Source: Patescibacteria group bacterium
Lineage (GTDB): Bacteria > Patescibacteriota > Microgenomatia > UBA8517
Assembly (NCBI GenBank): GCA_025999275.1
Contig: AP024680.1
Coordinates: 318,393 to 382,392, forward strand
Direction of reading: 5' to 3'
DNA length: 64,000 nucleotides
Shown: positions 44,583-54,305 of the stretch, piece after piece
How the letters are laid out: each line of letters opens with the position of its first letter
Numbering within the stretch: the stretch's first letter is position 1
Program-made: the position numbers and the translations under genes
Notes under the pieces: model-generated
Seen by the model: the letters and a program-made list of their open reading frames with translations, nothing else
The model's database searches: none
Told to the model about the DNA's origin: nothing

Positions 44583-46220
44583 ATGATTTCTCAAAGATTA
44601 ATTTTTATTTTAAGATTTTCTTTTTTCTTTCTAGTTTTTGTTTTTGGTTTGTTTGTTTTCAAAAATGTAAAGTACGGTGTCTTGTGGAATGATGAAGCAG
44701 AAACAGTGATGTATGCAAAAAGCATAATTAAGTATGGATACCCCAAGGTTCATTACGGCAAGAATATACTCAATGTTTCTGAAACAAAAGATCCTAATAT
44801 AGGTGTCAAAAATACAAACGATGCCTGGATTTATATTTCTTCTTGGGGTTCTTATTATTTTGCAGTACCTTTTGTAAAGATAGCTGATAGATTTTATGAT
44901 ATTTATGTTAAGACAGGAATTCTAAGAGCAGCCTTTGCCTTTTTTGGTTTTTTGGGAGTCCTTATCTTTGGCTATACCGGTTCTTTGTTTTTTCAGGATA
45001 AGTTAAGGAAGCTTTTGTTTATTAACATCTTTTTAATTCTGGAAATTTTATCTACACCTTTGCTTTTACATATTCGCCAAGTGAGACATTACCCAATAAC
45101 CATCTTTTTGGTATCTCTAATTTTCCTTTTGTTGGTTAGAAAAAATGTTTTTAGTGAAAAAATAAACGGTTTTATTTATCAGACATCTCTGTTTTTATTA
45201 TTATTTTTATTGATGAATGTTTATTTTCCTGCCTTTATTTCTATTTTTATATTTATTACTTTTTTTTATTTTTTAAAATTCGTTGTCTCGCCAGTAAAGA
45301 TTAATGTTGTTAAAGAGAATGTTTTTATTGTTTTAAATACTATAATTTTGGTTCCCTATTTTTCTTTCTTTGAGTTTTTTAAAATATCAAGCATTATCTC
45401 TTCTGAATTTGGTTATAATTTTTCCAGGTTTATTTTTAATTTTAAGACAGCCTTTTTATTTTTTGTAAAATCTGAGTATCTTCTATTAGTCTTTTTGCTC
45501 TTTTTGATTATTTTAATTTTTATTAAGAGAGATAAAAAACTATTAGAGGATAAATTGGTAGTTGTTTCTTTGGGAATTTTTTTATACCTTTTTATTGCTT
45601 TAGTTGTTTGTTCAAGAATTCCTTATTTTTTTGAGAGATATTATATTTTCTTGCAGCCGTTTATTGTTCTTGCCTTTTTGTTTTTGTCTTTTAAAACTTA
45701 TGATTTATTTGATCAAAGAGGGACAAAAAACAGGAATTTTCTATTTTTTTATTTTTTGTTTTTGGCTTTAATCCTCAATCTCGTATTTAAGTTTGAGAAT
45801 ATAAAAGGCTTTTTATATGAGATTAATCATCCTTATCGTGGTCCAATGGATTATTTAGTTGGATACATTATTGAAAACTACAAAGAACCAAGCTCTCTTG
45901 TTATAGCAACCAATTATGAAGAATATGTACTTATGTATTATTTAGATAGTAAGGTTGTTGTTGGTTATGTTGGTAACAACCTTGATGAAGATAAAAAATC
46001 TAACCCTGATATTGTTGTGATTAGGAAAAATAGGCCTAATTTTGTTTCTGAGCTTAATGATTTTTTGAAAAAAGGAAATTATAAAGAAGTTATCTTAAAT
46101 GTTTATGATTATCAGGTTAATAATATTCCAGAAACAACTTTACCCTTAAAGCATCTTTTTAAATTACCAGAACCAAAGGATAATTCAGAAAGGCTTAGTC
46201 TTTTTGTGCGTCAAGAATGA
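44583..46220 (+). CDS. GT-C-like polytopic membrane protein
   Basis: WNDEAETVMYAKSIIKYGYP loop motif after TM1. At least 12 TMs. 545 aa. Confidence 0.4.
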   Translation: MISQRLIFILRFSFFFLVFVFGLFVFKNVKYGVLWNDEAETVMYAKSIIKYGYPKVHYGKNILNVSETKDPNIGVKNTNDAWIYISSWGSYYFAVPFVKIADRFYDIYVKTGILRAAFAFFGFLGVLIFGYTGSLFFQDKLRKLLFINIFLILEILSTPLLLHIRQVRHYPITIFLVSLIFLLLVRKNVFSEKINGFIYQTSLFLLLFLLMNVYFPAFISIFIFITFFYFLKFVVSPVKINVVKENVFIVLNTIILVPYFSFFEFFKISSIISSEFGYNFSRFIFNFKTAFLFFVKSEYLLLVFLLFLIILIFIKRDKKLLEDKLVVVSLGIFLYLFIALVVCSRIPYFFERYYIFLQPFIVLAFLFLSFKTYDLFDQRGTKNRNFLFFYFLFLALILNLVFKFENIKGFLYEINHPYRGPMDYLVGYIIENYKEPSSLVIATNYEEYVLMYYLDSKVVVGYVGNNLDEDKKSNPDIVVIRKNRPNFVSELNDFLKKGNYKEVILNVYDYQVNNIPETTLPLKHLFKLPEPKDNSERLSLFVRQE

Positions 46221-46966
46221 GAGATAAAAAATTGTCTAAAATTTTGGTACTAATTCCTACATATAACGAATTTGACAATATTGGTGTTTTGATAGGGGAG
46301 ATTGAGAGATTAAAAATTCCAAATCTTGATATTTTGGTGGTGGATGATGGTTCAAGTGACGGTACAGATAGATTGGTTATCAAGCTTTCCAAAAAGTATA
46401 GGAACATTTTTTTGTTTGAGAGGGGTAAAAAAATGGGAATAGGTAGTGCCCATATTGATGGGATAAATTGGGCATATAGAAAGGGCTATGAGAGGCTTAT
46501 TTCTATGGATGCTGATTTAACCCATTCGCCTAAGTATTTTAAAGATTTAATTATAGCTTCTTATAAATATGATGTTGTAATAGCGTCAAGGCATCTTGCT
46601 AGAAATAGTATGATTGGTTGGTCATTTAAGAGAAAAATTATAACTTTTTTGAATCACAATTTAGTTAAATATATTCTTGGCTTAAACTACGACACATCTA
46701 ATTCTTTTAGAATTTATAGGTTAGATAAAATTCCAAGAAAAATTTTTAATCTTATTTCTTCTTCAGGTTATTCATTCTTTTTTGAAAGCCTTAAGATACT
46801 TAAATTAAATTGTTTTACAATTGGCGAAGTCCCTGTTGTTATGAGAGAGAGGCAAAAGGGGGTTTCAAAACTTTCTTTTCGTGATTTTTTTCTGCATTTT
46901 TGGTTTATGATGAGACTAATTTTTATGATTTTGTTTAGGAGAAGTTGTTTGTTGGCAAATCAATGA
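46217..46966 (+). CDS. GT2 polyprenol-phosphate glycosyltransferase (dolichol-P-mannose synthase-like)
   Basis: GT-A motifs ILVLIPTYNE, VVDDGSSDGT, the DXD ISMDADL, and a C-terminal TM pair. Confidence 0.8.
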   Translation: MRDKKLSKILVLIPTYNEFDNIGVLIGEIERLKIPNLDILVVDDGSSDGTDRLVIKLSKKYRNIFLFERGKKMGIGSAHIDGINWAYRKGYERLISMDADLTHSPKYFKDLIIASYKYDVVIASRHLARNSMIGWSFKRKIITFLNHNLVKYILGLNYDTSNSFRIYRLDKIPRKIFNLISSSGYSFFFESLKILKLNCFTIGEVPVVMRERQKGVSKLSFRDFFLHFWFMMRLIFMILFRRSCLLANQ

Positions 46967-47625
46967 ATTCTAAAGACTGGGATTATTACTGGTCTGGTGA
47001 AAGAAAGCGTATTTGGTATGATTTTTTAGCCTGGTTTTATAGAAAGTTTATAATTTCTCCTTCAGAGAGATTCTTTTTGAGAAAGCATTTTAAAAAAGGA
47101 TCAATTTTGTTGCATGCTGGTTGTGGTAGTGGTGAGACTGATAAATGGATAAATAATTTTTTTAAAATAGTTGCTGTTGACTTTTCCAAGAAAGCTCTAG
47201 AAAAGTATAAGAAAAACAATCCTTATGTTTACAAAATTATTCTTTCAGATATTGAAAAAATGCCGTTTAGAGAAAGTACTTTTGATGGTATTTACAATCT
47301 TGGAGTTTTTGAGCATTATTCCAAGCAAAATGTCTTAAAAATATTAAAAGAATTTCATCGTGTTTTGAAAAAGAACGGGAAAGTTGTTATTTTTTGGCCA
47401 CCAGAATTTGGTTTTAGTGTTTTTTTCTTCAAAGCTCTTTTCTTATTCCTAAAAACTTTTGTTCCTTATCAAAAAGTTAAACTTTATCCTGATGAGGTGA
47501 ATCGTCTAAAATCAAAAAAAGAGGCTGAATTTTATATGAGGAAATCTGGATTTAAACTTATAGATTATTATTTTGGAGTTTGTGATCTTTTTACTTATTG
47601 TGTTTTAGTTGGGCAGAAGGCCTAA
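46963..47625 (+). CDS. Class I SAM-dependent methyltransferase
   Basis: Motif I LLHAGCGSGE, then DGIYNLGVFEHY. Start at the Met forming an ATGA overlap with the GT2 stop. Confidence 0.55.
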   Translation: MNSKDWDYYWSGERKRIWYDFLAWFYRKFIISPSERFFLRKHFKKGSILLHAGCGSGETDKWINNFFKIVAVDFSKKALEKYKKNNPYVYKIILSDIEKMPFRESTFDGIYNLGVFEHYSKQNVLKILKEFHRVLKKNGKVVIFWPPEFGFSVFFFKALFLFLKTFVPYQKVKLYPDEVNRLKSKKEAEFYMRKSGFKLIDYYFGVCDLFTYCVLVGQKA

Positions 47626-48878
47626 TTTCTAGGATAGATCTCCATTTTTGGTAGAGGGAAGATAAATTTTCCTCCCTTTTTGATAAAATCTTTTTCCCTT
47701 TTTATAAATTCTTCTTTGAAATACCAAGGAAGTGCAAGAAAATAATCCGGCATTTCTTTTCTAGCTTCATCTTCAGAAATTATTGGAATATCTGTTCCAC
47801 TTATTGTTTTTCCCCACTTGAAAGGATTTTTGTCGGCGGCGGCTTTTATGAGTTTGTTGTTTAACTTTAGATAACTAATTATAGTATTTCCTCTGGTTGA
47901 AGCTCCGTAGATATATATTTTTTTGCCCTTTTTGGTTTCCTTTTTTAGGAAATCTTTAATTTTGTTTAGATTTTTGGAAGCTCTTTCTGCGAAACTTTTG
48001 TAAGTTTCTAGTTTTTCTAGATATTTTTCTTTTTTAATTATGCTTTCTATAAATTTCAGATGTTTACTACCTCCAACACTACTACCTCTTTTTCTTATCC
48101 ATGTTCTAAAACTTCCTCCATTTACATTGTTAAACTTGATGTCAAAAACCTCGAAACCATTTTTATCAAGTATAAAATTAAGTGATTTTAGAGAGTAATA
48201 TTCTAAATGTTCGTGAACAATGTTGTCTATTGCATTTTGTTCTAACATTTTTCCCAAGTAATTTTGTTGAATTATAAATATTCCGTTTTCATCTAGACAG
48301 TTATAAACATCTTTAAGGAATTTATTTGGGTCTGAAAGGTCGTAAAACATGGCTATTGCTGTAATGATTTTTGCTTTTTTGTTGGTCTTTTCTAAGAATT
48401 GTCTTTTATTGAAGAAATTATTTATCAAAAAGAATTTGTTTTTATTTAATCTGGTTAACTTTTCTTTTGCAATTTTGATGGTATTTGATGAAGGATCAAA
48501 CCCAAAAAGATTTATTCCCACATCTTTGTAAAACGATAGGAGCGTACCATCATTACAACCAATATCTATAACAGTGTCACCTTTTTCAAGTTTTATTATT
48601 TTTTCCGTCTCTTTCACTATTTCTTTAAGTTCCCTTTTCATTTGATTGTTAATGCCTGAGAGATATCCATAATTTTCATTCCACAATAATTTTGGATTTG
48701 TATTTTGTTTGAGCTGTAAAAGTTTGCATTTTTTACAGAATACAAGTTCAAGGGGGATTTTTATATCTCTTCTTTTACTTGAGAAATTAGGAACATTTAT
48801 TTTACCTAGCGAAATTATCTCCTCGAGTACTGGGTTGCCACAAGACCTACAAGATTTAATATTTTTGTAACACTCCAT
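47622..48878 (-). CDS. Sugar C-methyltransferase (TylCIII/NovU-like, Zn-ribbon + class I MTase + C-terminal domain)
   Basis: N-terminal CRSCGN...CKKCKLLQL zinc ribbon, motif I VIDIGCNDGT, and a long C-terminal domain. Start placed at the internal Met MECYKNIK; the ORF extends to 48971. Confidence 0.5.
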   Translation of the reverse strand: MECYKNIKSCRSCGNPVLEEIISLGKINVPNFSSKRRDIKIPLELVFCKKCKLLQLKQNTNPKLLWNENYGYLSGINNQMKRELKEIVKETEKIIKLEKGDTVIDIGCNDGTLLSFYKDVGINLFGFDPSSNTIKIAKEKLTRLNKNKFFLINNFFNKRQFLEKTNKKAKIITAIAMFYDLSDPNKFLKDVYNCLDENGIFIIQQNYLGKMLEQNAIDNIVHEHLEYYSLKSLNFILDKNGFEVFDIKFNNVNGGSFRTWIRKRGSSVGGSKHLKFIESIIKKEKYLEKLETYKSFAERASKNLNKIKDFLKKETKKGKKIYIYGASTRGNTIISYLKLNNKLIKAAADKNPFKWGKTISGTDIPIISEDEARKEMPDYFLALPWYFKEEFIKREKDFIKKGGKFIFPLPKMEIYPRN

Positions 48879-49167
48879 TTGGTTATTATAGCGTGTACTT
48901 AATTTTATATAAATTAGAAGAAAATTGTTAACCAGATTCCAATATAAACCAGTGTTAAGAATTTTATCCAATTAGTGGTGGTTAAGGTCCATTTAGCCTT
49001 TAGCATTTATTTTTATTTGTTTATTGTATTTATTTGTCAGGTTTTATTATTTCTGGTGACAGGTCAAAAATCTTCTAAATATATGTATTTTGGGTAAACT
49101 ATTGATTGACTTTTAAATTTTTTACATGTAATAATAATTTAATTTTTGAATTTAAATTACTTGAATT

Positions 49168-49896
49168 ATGAATATGGAAGATAAACAATCATCATTGAGC
49201 CAAGATATGATTATTGCAGAAGAAAAATTGCAAAAATACAAATTAAGCAATTTTAGACTTTTAATAATTGTTATAATAACCTTCTTGTTGACGATACTGC
49301 TTTTAGGATTGAATGTTTACTTTTGGCAAAATTCAGCAAGTAAGGAAATGGTTAATAATCTGGATCAGAAAATTTCCTCTTTGGATGAAGAGGTTTCAGC
49401 TATAAAGAATATGATGGGTGTGTCGCAACAAGATTTGTCATTAGTTTCTTCTCCTATACCATTATCATCTAAAGATATTAATGTTGATTGGAAAACTTAT
49501 GAGAATGAAAAATATGGAATCAGATTCAAATACCCAAGTTCAATGGTGATAAAAAAATTAGTTACGAACCCTGATCAAGGAGTTCCTGTTCGCTTTTATC
49601 TTGACGATCGTTTGCAAATTATTATTAAAGACCCAAAGTTATCAGAAGAAGAAATTACTAGGAGTTGGGTTGATTTTGAAACTTTAGAGGTTAATGGTCT
49701 GAGGGTTTTGAAAGAGCAGTCTAAAGGTTCTGCTGAAGGAGGCAACCCACCATATCTAATAAGTGTGCAATACGCGGTAGATTTACCAAAAGCAAACTTA
49801 TTTATTATTTATATGGAGCCATCAGAGGGTGATTATAAACAATTTTCTGCGGTATTATATAAAATTATTTCCACCTTAGAATATATAGGGAGTTAG
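49168..49896 (+). CDS. Hypothetical membrane-anchored protein
   Basis: 242 aa with one TM after ~40 aa, then a soluble domain. No motif recognised. Confidence 0.4.
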   Translation: MNMEDKQSSLSQDMIIAEEKLQKYKLSNFRLLIIVIITFLLTILLLGLNVYFWQNSASKEMVNNLDQKISSLDEEVSAIKNMMGVSQQDLSLVSSPIPLSSKDINVDWKTYENEKYGIRFKYPSSMVIKKLVTNPDQGVPVRFYLDDRLQIIIKDPKLSEEEITRSWVDFETLEVNGLRVLKEQSKGSAEGGNPPYLISVQYAVDLPKANLFIIYMEPSEGDYKQFSAVLYKIISTLEYIGS

Positions 49897-50089
49897 TTTT
49901 TTTATAGAAAATCAAAACCTCAAAGATAAATGAGATTTTTCTCAAAACATATCTTCAAATGTGTATAATTTATTTTTGCTTATAAAAAAAATAAAGAATC
50001 AAATACTAAATAAAATTTTCACTTAAGGCAAAAATATTTATGGACTTTTGGTCAGTTTATTGTAACTGGTAGATTATAAGATTGTTAAT

Positions 50090-51295
50090 TTACTCGTATC
50101 TTATTGCCTCAATTGGCGGTAGTTGAGCAGCCCTTCGGGCTGGGAAAACCCCAAAGAAAATACCAATTGCTGAGGAGACTGTTAATGTTACTACAACAGA
50201 CAAGAGGTTAATAGAAAGCGGAAAGAATGGTCGAACTAGTATTACGATAATGCTAGCCAGTATTAATCCAAGTACTCCCCCAAGAGCAGATAGAAGCACT
50301 GCTTCAACTAGGAACTGAACTAAGATGTCTTTTTCGGTGGCGCCAATTGCTCGTCTTATTCCTATTTCTTTTGTTCGCTCGGTAACTGAAGCGTACATTA
50401 TATTCATAATTCCAATACCACCAACAAGAAGAGAGATTGAGCCGATAGCTACAAGAACAGCATTAAGAATATTGAATATCTGGTTTATAGTGGAAAGTAT
50501 TTCTGCTTGTTCTGCTACTGAAAAGTCATCCTCTTTGTATCTTTTTAAGAGAGCTTCTTTTATTTTCTTTTTGGCTGTTTCTATATCTGTTTCTGATTCA
50601 ACACCGATATTGATTCCCCAAAATGTTTTGTCTGGGTTTATACTCCCGTAAGTTGATCTATAGGGAACAACAACTCCGGAATCTTGTTCATTGTTTCCGC
50701 TCTTTTCAATTACTCCTATTACCTCGAACCTTTGCTTTTCGAATCTGATAGTTTTGCCGACAGCGTTATCTGGATTTCCAAAGAGTTTCTCAGCGATTGT
50801 GTATCCAATTACGGCCACTTTTGCTTTTGATTGATTTTCCGATTGGGTAAATTGTCTTCCTCTTATAGTTTTTACATTTCTTAGTTTGAAAAACTCTTCG
50901 TTAACCCCTCTAATATATGCAAACTCTTTTTTGCCGTTTGCTTCAACTCTTGATGTTTTGAAAAAAACTGGAACAACATATTTTAATTCTGGAATTCTTT
51001 CCAACTCCTTAAGATCCTTTTCATCAAATTTGGTCCCGCCTATTAAACTTGCTCCAAAACCACCTCCAGGTCCGCCAAATCCGCTTCCTGGCAGAACTGT
51101 AATTAGGTTTGCTCCCAGGCTTTCAAACTGCTCTCTTATGTAGTTTTTTATTCCCAATCCGAGAGCAATAAGCATAACTACAGCCAAGACCCCAATTGTT
51201 ATTCCAAGGGATGTTAAAAAAGTTCTGACTTTGTTTCTTTTAAAGTCAGATAAAGCAGCTTGAATTAAGTCTTTGTATCCGTTTAACATATTCAT
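50090..51295 (-). CDS. ABC transporter permease, MacB/FtsX-like
   Basis: TM1, a large periplasmic domain, and three C-terminal TMs with the FtsX-type signature ERTKEIGIRRAIGAT. Start at MNMLNGY, overlapping the ATPase stop. Confidence 0.75.
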   Translation of the reverse strand: MNMLNGYKDLIQAALSDFKRNKVRTFLTSLGITIGVLAVVMLIALGLGIKNYIREQFESLGANLITVLPGSGFGGPGGGFGASLIGGTKFDEKDLKELERIPELKYVVPVFFKTSRVEANGKKEFAYIRGVNEEFFKLRNVKTIRGRQFTQSENQSKAKVAVIGYTIAEKLFGNPDNAVGKTIRFEKQRFEVIGVIEKSGNNEQDSGVVVPYRSTYGSINPDKTFWGINIGVESETDIETAKKKIKEALLKRYKEDDFSVAEQAEILSTINQIFNILNAVLVAIGSISLLVGGIGIMNIMYASVTERTKEIGIRRAIGATEKDILVQFLVEAVLLSALGGVLGLILASIIVILVRPFFPLSINLLSVVVTLTVSSAIGIFFGVFPARRAAQLPPIEAIRYE

Positions 51296-51296
51296 A

Positions 51297-51974
51297 TTAA
51301 AGATATTTTTTGACAATCTTTCCGTCTTTGATAAATATTTTTCTTCTGGTTTTTTCAGCGACATCTTTTTCGTGGGTGACTATAATTATGGTTATTCCGA
51401 GGTCTTTGTTTAGCTCTGATAATAATTTGAGGATTTCCTCACCAGTTTTTGAGTCAAGGTTTCCTGTTGGTTCATCGGCAAGAATTAGTTTTGGTTTTAG
51501 TATCAATGCTCTTGCTATTGCTACTCTTTGTTGTTGGCCCCCTGAGATTTTATTTGGGAAGAAATCTTTTCTATTATAGATATTAAATCTTTTCATTAAA
51601 TCATCTGCTCTTTTTTCAACGTCAAAATCTATCTTTTCTTTTGAGTATTTGGCAGGAAGGAGTATGTTTTCTCGTACTGTGTAGCGGTTTATTAAATTAA
51701 AGGATTGGAAAACAAAGCCGATATACCTGTTTCTTAGTTTGGATAGCTCTTCATCTGAAAGCTTGGAAACATCCTTTCCGTCAAGAAAGATTTGCCCGTG
51801 AGTTGGTCTATCAAGAAGACCTATCAAATGCATTAAAGTTGATTTTCCTGAACCAGAAGATCCAAGAATGCTAGTGAATTCCCCTTCTTTTATTTCTAAG
51901 TTTACATCGCAAACTGCCTTGACCTCTTCTTCACCAAGCTGGTAATTCTTGCAAACATTGACAAGTTTAATCAT
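51297..51974 (-). CDS. ABC transporter ATP-binding protein (MacB/LolD-type)
   Basis: Walker A GSSGSGKST, signature ISGGQQQRVAIARAL, Walker B LILADEPTGNLD, and the H-loop VTHE. Confidence 0.9.
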   Translation of the reverse strand: MIKLVNVCKNYQLGEEEVKAVCDVNLEIKEGEFTSILGSSGSGKSTLMHLIGLLDRPTHGQIFLDGKDVSKLSDEELSKLRNRYIGFVFQSFNLINRYTVRENILLPAKYSKEKIDFDVEKRADDLMKRFNIYNRKDFFPNKISGGQQQRVAIARALILKPKLILADEPTGNLDSKTGEEILKLLSELNKDLGITIIIVTHEKDVAEKTRRKIFIKDGKIVKKYL

Positions 51975-53025
51975 ATAAAATATCACCCTCTTTTACGCCC
52001 TCTTCAATTTCTGTGTATTCATCTCCCTCTATGCCTGTTTTAATGTAGGTTTTGTTTTTTATTGATCCGAGGTTTACATATTTTCCTTTTCTATCAGCTT
52101 TAATAAATTGTGATGGAGCATAAAGGACATTTTCCTTGCTTTTTATGGAGAATCTAAGATCTCCGGTCATTCCAATCTTGATTTTTTCCAATATTTCTTG
52201 GGGAAGTTCAAGAGAAATTTTGACTTTATAATCCGTGCTATCAGCTCCAGTAGTAGGTGTTAAGCTTATGAATGTTATTTTTCCTTCAAATTCTTGATCT
52301 TGGAAAGCATCAAGTTTAACTTTAACTTTAGCATCTTTTTGAAGTTGAATCACTTCGTTTTGGTCTGCTGTTGCCTCAAAGTAAATAGTTTGAGGATTTA
52401 CTATTTCTATTTGCATTTGGGAGAAAGAAACATTTATTCCAGCAAAAGGGTTGGCAACAAAAGTAACAATTCCTGAAAATGGAGCAATAAGGGTTGAATT
52501 TTTAAGGTTGTATTCAGCTGCCTTTAGGGCGTCGTAGGCATTATCTTTTGCAACTTCACTTGCTGTTCTTGTGGCTTTTTGAGCAAAAGTCTCGCTTTTA
52601 TCTTTTCCTTGAAGGGAGTCGTAAGTTGCCTCAACATTTGCCTCATACATTCTGACATTATTTAAAGCCTGCTGGTAGGCAGCGTTAAGAGTGGTTTTGT
52701 CAAGAGAGGCCAAAGCCTGGCCTTTTCTGACATAATCGCCTTCTTTCACCCCAATCCAAGCCAATTTCCCTGAAGTTGGAAAAAAGAGTTGTGAGCCTTC
52801 TTCTGCTTTAATGCTTCCTGAAAGAACTAGATCTTCTGAAACAGTTCCTCTTTTAACTGTAAATTTTTCTGCTGTTTGTTCCTTTTTTCTGTTTTGTAAA
52901 TAGTTTGAGACCACAAAAAATCCGGCAACAGCAATTAAGATGATCAAAGTGAGTCTAAATATTTTTCTTGCCAATAATTTTTTGGTGCTTTTTATGATTT
53001 TTGCAATTTTGTTTTCCTTTTTCAT
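51967..53025 (-). CDS. HlyD/MacA-family periplasmic adaptor (membrane fusion protein)
   Basis: N-terminal TM, a coiled-coil hairpin, and a beta-barrel/lipoyl-like segment (GSIKAEEGSQLFFPTSGKLAWIGVKEGDYVRKGQALASLD). Confidence 0.7.
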   Translation of the reverse strand: MKKENKIAKIIKSTKKLLARKIFRLTLIILIAVAGFFVVSNYLQNRKKEQTAEKFTVKRGTVSEDLVLSGSIKAEEGSQLFFPTSGKLAWIGVKEGDYVRKGQALASLDKTTLNAAYQQALNNVRMYEANVEATYDSLQGKDKSETFAQKATRTASEVAKDNAYDALKAAEYNLKNSTLIAPFSGIVTFVANPFAGINVSFSQMQIEIVNPQTIYFEATADQNEVIQLQKDAKVKVKLDAFQDQEFEGKITFISLTPTTGADSTDYKVKISLELPQEILEKIKIGMTGDLRFSIKSKENVLYAPSQFIKADRKGKYVNLGSIKNKTYIKTGIEGDEYTEIEEGVKEGDILYD

Positions 53026-53120
53026 AACGCTGGTATTATATTCTTTTTTGAAGTAAAAATAAAGGAGCGGGTGTTGAATTAATAAGCATTGGTTTTATTA
53101 ACCAACACCCGCCTTGGTGC

Positions 53121-53501
53121 TTAATAGGTCTTGGTTATACCTGTTAGATACAATATCTCTTCATAAAAAGCAAATTTTGTCGCTTTCAAAAGCTTTTCTC
53201 CTCTTCCCCCATCCCACCTGGCTAGGCCAAGCCTTATTAGTATTTTGCTTGGACAGCCATCGGCTGGTCTTTCCCACCCAATTCCGTTGCAGCTATTTCT
53301 TAATTTATTCAGGAGTTCTCTCTCATCTTCTCCGATTAGTCTATTAATGATTTCTTTTAGTTTTCCTTCTGCCTCGATGGATAAATAATCCCCATCTACT
53401 TGGCCAATTACGCGATCAATATTTGGTGATAATGAGGGGTCCATTGCACACAACCATTCATTGATTGACCACTTACTTATTAGCCTTTGTCTTGTGATCA
53501 T
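53121..53501 (-). CDS. Hypothetical protein
   Basis: 126 aa with four Cys (C...C...C...C). No recognised domain. Confidence 0.3.
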   Translation of the reverse strand: MITRQRLISKWSINEWLCAMDPSLSPNIDRVIGQVDGDYLSIEAEGKLKEIINRLIGEDERELLNKLRNSCNGIGWERPADGCPSKILIRLGLARWDGGRGEKLLKATKFAFYEEILYLTGITKTY

Positions 53502-53618
53502 TTTATTCTCCTTCAGGAAAAAAGATTTGAATGTGCGAACAGGGCTTTATTTTATACATTTTTGAATCTAAATTCAATAGTTGTTGATTTGATAATTTCT
53601 TTGAGATAGATTAAGGGT

Positions 53619-54293
53619 ATGTTTTTAATTATCAACAAGCCTGTTGGTGTTACTTCTCATGATGTTGTTGATAGAATCAGAAAGATTACTGGGGAGAAAA
53701 GAGTTGGGCATTCAGGAACCCTTGATCCTTTTGCAAGTGGCCTTTTGATTTTGGCTGTTGGTAGAGTTTCAACTAAAAAAATTTCTAAATTTGTTGGTCT
53801 TGATAAAGAGTATGAGGCTGAAATTACCTTGGGTGAGGAAAGAACGACAGACGATCTAACAGGGGATTTAAGAAAAGATGGGATTGTCTCCTCGCGTGTT
53901 CCTTCTGAGCAGGAAATTATTAGTGTTCTTAAAAGTTTTGTTGGCAAAATTAAACAGGTTCCGCCTTATTTTTCAGCTATTAAAAAAGAAGGTAAGAAGT
54001 TTTATGAATTAGCGCGAAAAGGCCAATTCATATCTCCCGAAGCAAGAGATGTGGTGATTTATTCAATTAAACTGCTTGATTATCAATATCCGAAGCTAAA
54101 GATTGTTTGCAAAGTTTCATCAGGCACTTATATTAGAGCTCTGGCTCGTGATATTGGGAGGAAATTAAAAACAGGAGCTTATCTTTCTTCTCTTAAAAGA
54201 ATTTCTATTGGCAATTTCAAAATAGATAATGCTGTCGATTTGGAAAAAATTAACTCTGAGAATTGGCGTAGTTTTGTGAAAGAGAATTTGTGA
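53619..54293 (+). CDS. truB: tRNA pseudouridine(55) synthase
   Basis: Catalytic GHSGTLDPFASGLLIL motif, with KRVGHSGT at the N-terminus. Short TruB form. Confidence 0.9.
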   Translation: MFLIINKPVGVTSHDVVDRIRKITGEKRVGHSGTLDPFASGLLILAVGRVSTKKISKFVGLDKEYEAEITLGEERTTDDLTGDLRKDGIVSSRVPSEQEIISVLKSFVGKIKQVPPYFSAIKKEGKKFYELARKGQFISPEARDVVIYSIKLLDYQYPKLKIVCKVSSGTYIRALARDIGRKLKTGAYLSSLKRISIGNFKIDNAVDLEKINSENWRSFVKENL

Positions 54294-54305
54294 TAGACTA
54301 AAATT

